Shown piece after piece: positions 1 through 9,033 of a stretch of DNA of 64,000 bases. Below the pieces are notes generated by a model that was given only the letters and a program-made list of their open reading frames with translations, had not been told where the DNA came from and ran no database searches. The DNA is from an uncultured Solirubrobacterales bacterium. GTDB taxonomy: Bacteria > Actinomycetota > Thermoleophilia > Solirubrobacterales > JBBDJG01. A program made the translations under genes and the position numbers. The DNA lies in contig CAWAUD010000007.1 in assembly GCA_963785085.1 (NCBI GenBank), positions 28,613 to 92,612 on the forward strand. The letters are read 5' to 3'. Position 1 is the first letter of the stretch, and the number at the start of each line of letters is the position of its first letter.

Positions 1-456
1 TCCACCCCGGGGTCGTCGGGCTCCTCGGCCTCGGGGGCGAAGTCGTCCCCCGCGTAGTCGTCGATGCAGTCGGCGAAATCGCCCTGCGGCGCTCCGCCGT
101 CGCCCGTCTGGGGCTCGTCGCCGGACTCGAAGTCGATCTCCTGGAAGTCCGAGTCGAACTCCTCCCGGCAGTCGGCCTGAGCCTGGCGAATCGCCTGCGC
201 GGGACTTGCCCTGGCCGGGCATCTTCTTCAGCGTGCGGCTGGTCCGCTTCACGCAGCGCTTGAACGCACGGCGGTCGCGATTCGCGCCGTAGGCGACGCG
301 GAATTTGCCGGCGCCCATCTCGCTGCGCAACTGCTTACATAGGCGAGCCGCGTTGCGGTTCAGCTTGCCGTGGCCCTTCTTGGCCGACGCAGTGGCCGGC
401 AGAGCCAGCATCGCAAGCACCACGACGAACAGCACGATTCGTATGCTCTTCGCCAT
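1..456 (-). CDS. Secreted hypothetical protein, 3' end off window, probable frameshift
   Basis: ATG at 456 reads MAKSIRIVLFVVVLAMLALPATASA (signal peptide), then a basic Cys-containing segment and an acidic segment after a frame change near 200. Confidence 0.55.
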   Translation of the reverse strand, partial: MAKSIRIVLFVVVLAMLALPATASAKKGHGKLNRNAARLCKQLRSEMGAGKFRVAYGANRDRRAFKRCVKRTSRTLKKMPGQGKSRAGDSPGSGRLPGGVRLGLPGDRLRVRRRAPDGRRRSAAGRFRRLHRRLRGGRLRPRGRGARRPRGG

Positions 457-513
457 GCCGTCCTCATCGACGCCGCTAGCCACACCCAATAGGAAAAGCC
501 GGGAGTACTAGAC

Positions 514-1071
514 ATGAGTAGGAGTCCCGTCCATGAGTCCAAGCTGATCGACACCCCGGCCGGACGACAGGCCGAGGGTCCGGGCTGGTTCGTCGTGAAC
601 ATGGCCGACGCCGCGGCGATCGACACCCCGAACGCCGGGCATGCCTGGACGTTCTCGCCCGCCGAAGGCCGCTTCCCGCACTTCGGGATCAACGTCCAGG
701 TGCTGAACCCCGGCGAGCCGAGCGCCAAGTACCACGCCGAGGAAGGGCAGGAGGCGTTCCTCGTCCTCCAGGGCGAGATACGGCTGATCGTGGAGGACGA
801 GGAGCGGATCATGCGCCAGTGGGACTTCTTCTATTCGCCGCCCTGGGCTGCGCACGTCTTCGTCGGGGCGGGCGAGGGGCCCAGCGCGATCCTGATGGTC
901 GGCGCGCGCAACGCCGGTGAGGGGCTGGTCTACCCGCGCAACGAGCTGGCCGCCAAGTACGGCGCCAGCGCCGAGGAGACGACCGAGAAGGCCGAGGAGG
1001 CCTATGCCGGGTGGCCGCAGCCCGAGCCGGCGCGGAAGGAATGGCCGCCGCCTACGGGAGGCAGCCGATGA
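514..1071 (+). CDS. Cupin domain protein
   Basis: Cupin motifs PGEPSAKYHAEEGQEAFLVLQGE and YSPPWAAHVF. Confidence 0.85.
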   Translation: MSRSPVHESKLIDTPAGRQAEGPGWFVVNMADAAAIDTPNAGHAWTFSPAEGRFPHFGINVQVLNPGEPSAKYHAEEGQEAFLVLQGEIRLIVEDEERIMRQWDFFYSPPWAAHVFVGAGEGPSAILMVGARNAGEGLVYPRNELAAKYGASAEETTEKAEEAYAGWPQPEPARKEWPPPTGGSR

Positions 1072-1429
1072 GGAAGTTCGTGCTGGTCATCCTGGGTGGA
1101 GCACTTTTCGGAGCGATCGCGGGGCTCGTGATCGTCGGCCTCAAGGACGACCAGGCGCCTGACGCGGTCACCGCGCTGAAGACTCCCGTGAGGGTGGCGC
1201 CGCCGGCCGAGGCGAGCACGCCGAAGGTGCCGGACGCTCGTCGGCGCTCAGCTCGACACAGCAGAGGACGAACTCGACGGTGCCGGCATCGACCACGACA
1301 CCGTCGGCGGCGGCCTGTTCGGGATCATCGACCCCTCAGCGTGGGAGGTCTGCGCGACCGACCCGCCCGCGGGCGACGACGCTTCGGGCAGGAGTGACCC
1401 TCTACGTGCAGCGGCCCGGGGAGTGCTAG
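1068..1429 (+). CDS. Membrane-anchored PASTA-like protein (frameshifted)
   Basis: N-terminal TM (MRKFVLVILGGALFGAIAGLVIVG); joined frames give VPD..VGAQLDTAEDELDGAGI..WEVCATDPPAG..VTLYVQRPGEC*. Confidence 0.5.
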
Positions 1430-1431
1430 CG

Positions 1432-1830
1432 ATGGATGCGATCGACAAGGCGCGCGAGGTTCACGTCGCGGCAGTGAATGCCAGTGATGTGGCCGGGTGG
1501 GCGGCTTGCTTCACGGACGACGGCGTTCAGATGCCGCCCGGGTTTCCCGCCAACGTCGGCGTCGAGACGATTCGAGCGTGGATCCAGGGCTTCGTCTCTC
1601 AATTCGAGAATGTGGAGTTCGCCTTGTCCCCGAGCGAGGTCGAAGTCGTCGGCGACGACTGGGCATTCGAGACCGGGAACTGGGAGATCGCGCTCACTCC
1701 ACCGGGCGCCGCCGAGCCGATGCGAGATGCCGGCAAGTACATAACCGTCTACCAGCGCCGGCCCGACGACTCCTGGGGGATGGCGCGCGACATCTGGAAC
1801 AGCAACACCCCGCCGCCCGGCATGCCATAG
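1432..1830 (+). CDS. SnoaL/DUF4440 NTF2-like protein
   Basis: FTDDGVQMPPG..GDDWAFETG..GKYITVYQRRPDDSWGMARDIWNS. Confidence 0.85.
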   Translation: MDAIDKAREVHVAAVNASDVAGWAACFTDDGVQMPPGFPANVGVETIRAWIQGFVSQFENVEFALSPSEVEVVGDDWAFETGNWEIALTPPGAAEPMRDAGKYITVYQRRPDDSWGMARDIWNSNTPPPGMP

Positions 1831-2630
1831 CCGCCCGGCCCGATCAGCTCGAGCGCAGCGCGGTTGCCGGAGATCCAGTTCCCGATCACCTCGCTCGACG
1901 AGGCGACGACACCACCTCCCTCGTTGCCGACGATTCGATTGCGACGGATAGCGCTGTGGTCGCCCGCAATCCCGAGTCCCCCGTTCCAGCCGATCCGGTT
2001 GTCGGAGATCTCGGCCCGGCAATTGCCATTGAGGAAGATTCCGCCGCCAGCATTCCCGATCACCGAGTTGCGCCCTATGACGCCGTTGCCGTGCCCGCAC
2101 TCGAACCCTTCGCCGCCGTTGTGACTTATTTCGTTGCCCTCGAGATCAAACGCGACGAAGGCCGTTGAGATCCCGCCATCGCTGTTTGCGGTGATTGAGC
2201 TATTCCTGACGGTTATCCCGGTGCAGTGCTCGCTCGTAACGCCGATGTGGTTGCGCCGAATACTGAGGAGCGCAATGTCGGCTTGCTCGGGGGCACTGGA
2301 AAACGCTACGCCCTGTCCGAATCCTTCGATCGCTCCATTGCGGATAGCTACGTGGGACCCGGCTTCACAGCTCTCTGAGGTCGGGTCGCCAGAGCGAATT
2401 CCGACGCTCGTCGGCTGGCCGGTGATGGAGTGGCCGTTGAGATCGAGGGTTACGTCTTGGCCCGCGATCATCAATCCATCGCCGGCGCAGTTCAGGTCAG
2501 ATTCGAGCTTGGTGTCCTGCGTGACGATGTCGCCGCATTCGACATTCTGCGCGAGTGCTTGGCCAGTGGCTAGAGCGAACACCGTGGTGGCGGCACCCAC
2601 TGCCGCGAGGCACCCAAGAAACCTCCGCAT
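1749..2630 (-). CDS. Secreted right-handed parallel beta-helix (NosD/pectin-lyase-like) protein
   Basis: Signal peptide, VECGDIVTQDTKLESDLNC..LDLNGHSI and repeated xxNxIxxNxGxGI strands; 3' end overlaps the convergent gene. Confidence 0.75.
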   Translation of the reverse strand: MRRFLGCLAAVGAATTVFALATGQALAQNVECGDIVTQDTKLESDLNCAGDGLMIAGQDVTLDLNGHSITGQPTSVGIRSGDPTSESCEAGSHVAIRNGAIEGFGQGVAFSSAPEQADIALLSIRRNHIGVTSEHCTGITVRNSSITANSDGGISTAFVAFDLEGNEISHNGGEGFECGHGNGVIGRNSVIGNAGGGIFLNGNCRAEISDNRIGWNGGLGIAGDHSAIRRNRIVGNEGGGVVASSSEVIGNWISGNRAALELIGPGGYGMPGGGVLLFQMSRAIPQESSGRRW

Positions 2631-2820
2631 TCCAAAATCCCCCTTTGTGCGAATCCGTGCCCGAGGGACCGTACAGGGGAACAGATACTCACGGTAGCCT
2701 CGAACTTGCCAAGAGCTTCAGTACGTCCGTTCGATAGCCCGTGCTGAGGCAACTGTTGCGTGACGTTGCCCTGAGCTTGACCGCCACCTGCCGCCGAAAG
2801 AGGATAAGCGCGCTGAGACG

Positions 2821-3817
2821 ATGGTCCCGCGCTCGTTTATTACCGCCGCCCTGGCCGTGCTTGCCCTCGGGGGATGCACACTGCCCTCGTCAGCTTCGGC
2901 GTCCACCACGTCCAGCGTTGTATGGCAACCAGGATGCGGCTACGGATACGGCCACGAGCAATGCTTTGACGGAAACACGTGTTACCTGAGCGGTCGGCTC
3001 GGCCTCCAGCTCACTCCGGACGCCTTCGCGCTCATCAGGCAAGACGCGACGCCTGACGACACGGGGATCCCCGAGCTGGACTCGGTCAACATTTCATTAG
3101 GCGTCACGCGCTTCACACACTTAGGGTCGTGGCCGCACCCTGGCGACGACCCATCGGAGCCGTACTTCCGCTGGTTCTACGCACGCTTCCCCGGGAGCGT
3201 GCCTGAGGCCATCGCGGCCTACTTGAGCTCTGCACGGGATCGTTGAGATCGCACAGGCAGATTCCCTCGCGTACACCCCCGAAGCACCACCGGCTTACCA
3301 ATTGGCAAGAGACGGCGCAGCGGTGGCACTCGGCGACGACCCCTGCGAGACGGTCGACATGTTCGGGCGATTCGATAACCATGCAACGGATCCGTGTGGC
3401 GGCGGCTGCGATGAGGAGGTCGCGGCCTCAATCCCGTCAGAGAATCCACAGCCGAAACAGTCCGCGAGCCCCACAGGGCGCTTGGTCGTAAAAGAGAAGT
3501 TGGCCGGCAAGCTATGGCCCATCGAGGGCGCGTACTCGTATCTCATCCTGCGGCGGGGCAGAACCGCGATAGAGCGAAAGACGTTCCCGAGCGGGCGCTC
3601 GCATCTCGACCGAACACTCCCCGCGGGCGACTACAGGCTCACCATCTACAAACGCTTTTGCGATGGCAACTGTGGGAACCTCGATCCGCCCAGCGACAGG
3701 TGCTCGAGGTCGTTTCGCATCCGGCCCGACGACCGCCTGACGGCAAGAATTCGCACCGAGTACGGGGCTGAAGAAAGCTGCGCTATTCGATTCCGCCGCG
3801 CTCGCCTCGCAGGTTAA
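2821..3817 (+). CDS. Secreted hypothetical protein (ORFs 2821-3246 and 3302-3817 joined by a frameshift near 3230)
   Basis: Signal peptide; the second frame is open from 3230 (LHGIVEIAQADSLAY...) into the Cys-rich C-terminal part (RFCDGNCGNLDPPSDRC). Confidence 0.5.
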
Positions 3818-3885
3818 GCGCTCTACTCCGTCGTGCCGGGCTAGACTCAGCCGTGCTTCTATAGCCCAAGCTTGAGGGGACAAGG

Positions 3886-4296
3886 ATGAAGCGAGCGGCT
3901 AGCTTGGCGCTGGTGACAGCAGTTACCGCGGTCTTGTGTGCCGCGTCCACTGCGGATGCGGCCGACATCTACGAGGGATATTCCAAGGTGGGTCGCGTCA
4001 CCCGGAGCTACGGGACCACCTGGAACATTTATGCCGGCTACCAGAAGGTCGGCTATATCCGCCGGAGCTACGGGTCGACATACAACGTCTACGAGGGCTA
4101 CAAGAAAGTGGGCTACCTCCGCCGCTCGTACGGGTCAACTTGGAACGTATACGAGGGCTACAGCAAGACCGGATACACCCGCCCTGGCTATGGGTCTACG
4201 TACAACTGCTACGAGGGCTATTCGAAAGTCGGGCGATCTACTGGATCTGGGGCACAGTTCGGATGCGCCGCCCTGCTTCTCTACTTGGTCGGATAA
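3886..4296 (+). CDS. Secreted protein with five 20-aa Tyr/Gly repeats (beta-flower-like)
   Basis: Signal peptide ending ADA-A; repeats xYEGYxKVGYxRRSYGSTWN; hydrophobic C-terminus GCAALLLYLVG. Confidence 0.8.
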   Translation: MKRAASLALVTAVTAVLCAASTADAADIYEGYSKVGRVTRSYGTTWNIYAGYQKVGYIRRSYGSTYNVYEGYKKVGYLRRSYGSTWNVYEGYSKTGYTRPGYGSTYNCYEGYSKVGRSTGSGAQFGCAALLLYLVG

Positions 4297-4298
4297 GG

Positions 4299-4346
4299 GA
4301 TTCCGGATGATTTACCCCACCAGAGGGGGTCAAATCTTCCGGAATC
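4299..4346. repeat. Imperfect palindrome between convergent genes (terminator or REP-like)
   Basis: GATTCCGGA-TGATTT-ACCCC...GGGGT-C-AAATC-T-TCCGGAATC. Confidence 0.65.
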
Positions 4347-4414
4347 GCCGTGGCATCCGGCGGAGTGACGCTCTACGTCCAGCGGCCGGGCGAGTGCTAG
4401 CGGCGCCCCGCCGC

Positions 4415-5164
4415 TCAATCTGAGCGCAGTGCGGCCGAAGCCGCCTGCTCCACGTCTTCCGAAAGCCAGTCTTCGAGCAGCGGGTCGTCTTCGTCGCGGA
4501 CGATCCGCTCGAGCTCGGTGATCAGCGGACCCCGGACCTGCCGTTTCACCCGGGCGTAGGTATCCGGCGGAGACGACGCCAGCTCCTCCGCGACGGCGAG
4601 CGCCCGTTCGATGAGGAGCTCCGCGTCGACAAGCTCATCGAGCACCCCGAGCTCGAGCGCTTCCGCCGGCTCGATGAGGCGGCCGGCCAGGGTCAGCACC
4701 CGCGACGAGGCCGGCTCCAGCTCGTGACGCACGATCGCCATCGCACCGGCCGGATACGGGACGCCGACGCGCACCTCGGTCAGGCCGATCTTGCCCACGG
4801 GACAACCGATGCGGTAGTCGCCTGTCAGAGCCAGCACGAGACCACCGGCGATCGCGTGGCCGTTCACGGCCGTGACGACCGGGCACGGGAGCACGCACCA
4901 TGAATGCACGAGCCTGCTGATGCCGAGCACCATCTCGCGCTGCTGGGCGCTGCTCAGTGTGGGGACCGCCTTCAGGTCGAGCCCGGCGCAGAAGAACCGC
5001 CCGGTTCCGGTCAGGATCACCGCCCGCGGAGGCTCGCCGGCCAGCGCCTCGGCGGCTTCGATCAGCGCGAGGCCGAGCTCGGGGTCGAGCGCATTGGCAG
5101 GCGGGCGGTCGATGCGGACGAGGGCGATTCCGTCCTTCGACTCGATCGGGCAGAGGTCCGACAT
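4415..5164 (-). CDS. Enoyl-CoA hydratase/isomerase family protein
   Basis: FCAGLDL, AVNGHAIAGG, GLTEVRVG crotonase motifs. Confidence 0.9.
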   Translation of the reverse strand: MSDLCPIESKDGIALVRIDRPPANALDPELGLALIEAAEALAGEPPRAVILTGTGRFFCAGLDLKAVPTLSSAQQREMVLGISRLVHSWCVLPCPVVTAVNGHAIAGGLVLALTGDYRIGCPVGKIGLTEVRVGVPYPAGAMAIVRHELEPASSRVLTLAGRLIEPAEALELGVLDELVDAELLIERALAVAEELASSPPDTYARVKRQVRGPLITELERIVRDEDDPLLEDWLSEDVEQAASAALRSD

Positions 5165-5170
5165 GCCGCT

Positions 5171-5860
5171 TCAGTATGCCCCGAGCCGCCGCTTCTGCAG
5201 GCCGTTCTCGTCGAAGTTCTCGGGCGCGAGCCATACCTCGAACGCAGCCCGGACCGCCGGCCACTCGTCATCGGTGATCGCATACCACGCGGTGTCGCGG
5301 TTGCGGCCCTTGTGCACCTCGTGCTGTCGGAACACGCCTTCGAAGGTGAAGCCGAAGCGCTCGGCAGCGCGCCGGGAGGCTGCATTCAGCGCGTTGCACT
5401 TCCACTCCAGCCGCCGGTAGCCCAGCTCGTCGAACGCGCGACGAGCGAGGAGGTAGATGGCCTCCGTCGCGGCCGTGGTTCGCTGCAACGGGGTGCCGAA
5501 CCAGATGTGCCCGATCTCGATGACGCCGTGCTCCGGGACGATGCGCAGGTAGGAGACGATCCCGCTCGGACGTTCCTCCGGCAGCTTCACGACCGTGAAG
5601 AAGAGCTGATCCTCGGAGCCCTGAGCCTGTTCAAGACTCCGCTGGAAATCGCCCGGGCTCTCGTACGGCCCGTGGTGCAGATACGTCCAGATCGCCGGGT
5701 CGCCGTCGGGCGGATGCGAGACCGCGTAGAGCGATTCCGCGTCGGCGGCGGCGTCGAGCGGGCGAAGCAGGACATGCGAGCCGCGCAGTCGGCTCGCGCG
5801 ACGGCCATTCGACCGGCGCCCAGTCGACTTCCTCGCCAAGCGGGCGCTCGACCTGCCGGC
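5171..5860 (-). CDS. GNAT N-acetyltransferase (RimJ/RimL family), 5' frameshift
   Basis: EIGHIWFG..LQRT..LGYRRLEWKCNALNAASRRAAERFGFTFEGVFRQ..KGRNRDTAWY; start uncertain. Confidence 0.9.
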   Translation of the reverse strand, partial: AGRSSARLARKSTGRRSNGRRASRLRGSHVLLRPLDAAADAESLYAVSHPPDGDPAIWTYLHHGPYESPGDFQRSLEQAQGSEDQLFFTVVKLPEERPSGIVSYLRIVPEHGVIEIGHIWFGTPLQRTTAATEAIYLLARRAFDELGYRRLEWKCNALNAASRRAAERFGFTFEGVFRQHEVHKGRNRDTAWYAITDDEWPAVRAAFEVWLAPENFDENGLQKRRLGAY

Positions 5861-7201
5861 TTACCCCTTCGGCGACTTCCACTCCTCGTTCAGCCGCTTC
5901 TGCAGCGTCTCCCCCACCGCGGCGGCGGGGAGGCGGATCTGCTCGAGTGAGTCGCGGTCGCGCAGCGTGACCGTGTCGTCGGCCATCGTGTCGCCGTCGA
6001 TCGTCACCGCCCACGGCGTGCCGATCTCGTCCTGGCGGCGGTAGCGGCGGCCGATCGAGCCGCCCTCGTCGAACTCCGCCGGGATCAGGCGGCGCAGGTC
6101 CTCATATATAGAGCGCGCCTTCTCGGGCATTCCCTCGCGTGACACGACCGGCAGCACGGCGACCTTCACCGGCGCCAGGCGAGGGTGCAGCCGCAGCACC
6201 GTGCGCTTGCGGCCGGCGATCTCCTCCTCCTCGTAGGCGTCGACCATGAAGGCGAGCGTCGCGCGGTCCGCGCCGGCCGAGGGCTCGATCACGTAGGGGA
6301 CGTAGCGCTCCTCGGTCTGGGGGTCGAAGTAGGAGAGGTCCTCGCCCGAGTACTCGGAGTGCTTGCGCAGGTCGTAGTCGGTGCGGTTGGCGATTCCCTC
6401 CAGCTCCGACCAGCCCATCGGGAACAGGTACTCGATGTCGCTGGTGCCGGCCGAGTAGTGCGACAGCTCGTCCGAGCCGTGCTCGCGCAGGCGCAGGAAG
6501 TCCGTCCGGATGCCGAGCTCCTGGTACCAGCTCATGCGCGCGTCCATCCAGTGCTGGTGCCACTTGGGCGCCTCGGCCGGCGGGACGAAGAACTCGATCT
6601 CCATCTGCTCGAACTCGCGCGTGCGGAAGATGAAGTTGCCCGGCGTGATCTCGTTGCGGAACGCCTTGCCGATCTGCGCGATGCCGAACGGCGGCTTGCG
6701 GCGCGAGAACTGCAGCACGTTCTTGAAGTTGACGAAGATGCCCTGCGCGGTCTCGGGGCGCAGGAAAATCCGCGCGGCGTCGTCGCGCACGGGGCCCATG
6801 AAGGTCTCGAACATCAGGTTGAACTCGCGCGCCTCGGTCAGCTCGCCGCCGCACTCGGGGCACTTCACGCCGCCGTTCTCGTCCGGGCTCAGGTGGTCGG
6901 CCCGCCAGCGCTTCTTGCACTTCCCGGTGCACTGGACCAGCGGGTCCGAGAAGCTCTGGATGTGCCCGGAGGCCTCCCAGGTGCGCGGGTGCATGAGGAT
7001 CGCGGCGTCGAGGGCGACCATGTCGTCGCGCTCCTGGATGTTGGCCCGCCACCACTCGGCCTTGACGTTGTTCTTCAGCAGCACGCCGTAGTGGCCGTAG
7101 TCGTAGGTCGAGCCGAGCCCGCCGTAGATCTCCGAGGACTGGAAGATGAAGCCGCGCCGCTTGCTCAGCGCGACGATCCGGTCCATCGAGACGCCGGTCA
7201 C
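5861..7201 (-). CDS. glyQS: Glycine--tRNA ligase (alpha2 type)
   Basis: KRRGFIFQSSEIYGG, LRPETAQGIF, FRNEITPGNFIFRTREFEQME, SIGRRYRRQDEIGTP. Confidence 0.97.
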   Translation of the reverse strand: MTGVSMDRIVALSKRRGFIFQSSEIYGGLGSTYDYGHYGVLLKNNVKAEWWRANIQERDDMVALDAAILMHPRTWEASGHIQSFSDPLVQCTGKCKKRWRADHLSPDENGGVKCPECGGELTEAREFNLMFETFMGPVRDDAARIFLRPETAQGIFVNFKNVLQFSRRKPPFGIAQIGKAFRNEITPGNFIFRTREFEQMEIEFFVPPAEAPKWHQHWMDARMSWYQELGIRTDFLRLREHGSDELSHYSAGTSDIEYLFPMGWSELEGIANRTDYDLRKHSEYSGEDLSYFDPQTEERYVPYVIEPSAGADRATLAFMVDAYEEEEIAGRKRTVLRLHPRLAPVKVAVLPVVSREGMPEKARSIYEDLRRLIPAEFDEGGSIGRRYRRQDEIGTPWAVTIDGDTMADDTVTLRDRDSLEQIRLPAAAVGETLQKRLNEEWKSPKG

Positions 7202-7304
7202 CGCGGTCGCATTTTGCGTGTTTTTTGCCGTAACTAAGCCTTTCCTGGGTTGTCCGAAGGGGAATCTACGCTAGCCGGGCTGTTTGATCGGAGTGGCGAG
7301 GCAC

Positions 7305-7323
7305 TCGAACATTCGTTTACAGT
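7305..7323 (+). promoter_or_regulatory. Candidate LexA (SOS) box overlapping a -10 element
   Basis: TCGAAC-ATTC-GTTTAC resembles the Gram-positive/actinobacterial CGAAC-N4-GTTCG box; overlaps TACAGT at 7318-7323. Confidence 0.5.
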
Positions 7324-7358
7324 CTTTCAGCAGGGGGACGGACGCTCTGGAGGGCGAG

Positions 7359-7547
7359 ATGGACCAGAAGAGCAACAGCACTGACGCTAACCCGCTCAGC
7401 CTCAAGGTAGTTCCGAGCCTGCCGCTTCGCGCCGGCCGCCATCTCACCGCCTGGGTTCTTTGGCACACCGCCCGGGTCTGCACCGAGGACCGCGCGCTTG
7501 GCACCGGCCCCGCGGACGGCACGCTTCGCACGAAGCCCTCGGCCTAG
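7359..7547 (+). CDS. Small hypothetical protein (62 aa)
   Basis: GGAGGG SD upstream of ATG 7359; lies downstream of the candidate promoters. Confidence 0.45.
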   Translation: MDQKSNSTDANPLSLKVVPSLPLRAGRHLTAWVLWHTARVCTEDRALGTGPADGTLRTKPSA

Positions 7548-7632
7548 AGCGCTTCGGGCAGCCTTCGCCTCTTCCTATAATCGCTTGAGCCGCAGGATGG
7601 TCCTGCGGGTGACCACAGGACCCATCTGAGCC

Positions 7633-7978
7633 GTGCCGATTTACGAATACCGCTGCGATAACGGGCACAACTTCGAAGTGATGCAGCGGATGAGCGACGA
7701 GCCCATTCACGTCTGCGAGGTCTGCGGCGCCCCTGTGCAGCGCGTCTTCCACCCGGTCGCGGTCCACTTCAAGGGCTCCGGCTTCTACTCGACCGACTAC
7801 GGCAAGGGCCGCGGCGGCGGGGGCGGGTCGGAGAGCAAGGACTCCAAGGGCGAGCGATTCGTCCTCGGACTCCAAGCCGGACACGAAGAAGGAGCCGGCC
7901 AAGGCGGAGTCGGGCAGCAGCAGTTCCTCGAGCGGCTCAGGCGACGGCGGCTCGAAGAGCTCGGGTTCCTCGGACTAG
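7633..7978 (+). CDS. FmdB family zinc-ribbon protein with Ser/Gly-rich tail (frameshift in tail)
   Basis: MPIYEYRCDNGHNFEVMQRMSDEPIHVCEVCG..VHFKGSGFYSTDYG; TATAAT at 7576-7581. Confidence 0.9.
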
Positions 7979-8064
7979 CTCCAGCGCGTGTTCACCTTCT
8001 TCGCCGACGCAGTACTGATCCGACCCTTCATCGCCGAGCTCGCCCACGCTGAGACAGCGCCTCT

Positions 8065-8994
8065 TTGATGCGGGCCGCCGGTATCAGCGAGTTCGGCGGT
8101 GCTGTCGGGTGGATCGACCTCCCAGATCCGCGCCCCCTCGCGGACGACGAGGTCCTGATCGAAATCCGGGCCGCGGGCGTCGGCAACTGGGAGGAGTTCG
8201 TCCGGACGGGCGAGTGGGAGGTCGGGCGCGCCCCTCCAATGGCGCTCGGCGTCGAGGCCGCCGGGATCATCACGACGATCGGAGATTCCGTCGAGGACTG
8301 GGAGCGGGGCGATGAGGTGCTCAGCCACCCCCTCCCGCTGCGGGATCAGGGAACCTGGGCGCCCTTGCTGATCGCGTCGGCGACGGTGCTCGCGCGAAAG
8401 CCTGCCGCGCTCTCGTGGGAGGCCGCTGCAGCGTTCCCCGTCCCGGCCCTGACCGCCACGCAGGTGATCGACGGAGCCCTGGCGGTGCGCCCTGACGACC
8501 TGGTCCTTGTCAATGGTGGGAGCGGGGTGACCGGCACGCTGCTCGTTGGACTGGCCGCGGCGCGTGGCGCCGAGGTGATTGCGACCGCGGGACCGGCCAG
8601 CCATGAGCGCCTGCGCCGGCTGGGAGCGGCCCATGTGCTCGACTATCACGACCCCGACTGGCCGGAGCAGGCGCGCGCCATCGGCGGCGGCTTGGGCGTG
8701 ACCGCCGCGGCGAACGCGGTGCCTAACGGCTCAGCGGACGCGATCGGCGCCGTGCGCGACGGCGGTCACCTTGCGACGATCACCCAGGACCCACCGGACG
8801 AGCAGCGGGGCATCGAGATCTCGCCGGTGATCGTGGAGCCCGACGGCCGCGCGCTCGGCGAGCTCGCCGAGCTGCTCGCGGCCGGGAAGCTCGAGGTCTC
8901 GACCGCGGCGACGTTCCCGCTCGAGGATGCCGCCGCGGCCCTCGCGGCAGCAACCGGGGGCAGCGCCGGCGGAGCGGTAGTGCTGCGCCCCTGA
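8065..8994 (+). CDS. NADPH:quinone oxidoreductase / MDR family oxidoreductase
   Basis: EVLIEIRAAGVG, VLVNGGSGVTG nucleotide-binding loop. Confidence 0.85.
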   Translation: MMRAAGISEFGGAVGWIDLPDPRPLADDEVLIEIRAAGVGNWEEFVRTGEWEVGRAPPMALGVEAAGIITTIGDSVEDWERGDEVLSHPLPLRDQGTWAPLLIASATVLARKPAALSWEAAAAFPVPALTATQVIDGALAVRPDDLVLVNGGSGVTGTLLVGLAAARGAEVIATAGPASHERLRRLGAAHVLDYHDPDWPEQARAIGGGLGVTAAANAVPNGSADAIGAVRDGGHLATITQDPPDEQRGIEISPVIVEPDGRALGELAELLAAGKLEVSTAATFPLEDAAAALAAATGGSAGGAVVLRP

Positions 8995-9033
8995 CGGGGA
9001 CGCCAGCCCGCGCCGCCTGGGTGACGACTCGGA

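Noticed and set aside
7202..7300. T-box riboswitch upstream of glyQS (also checked for metG)
   Set aside because: No T-box consensus (GGTGGNACCGCG) seen; both genes appear leaderless or short-leadered
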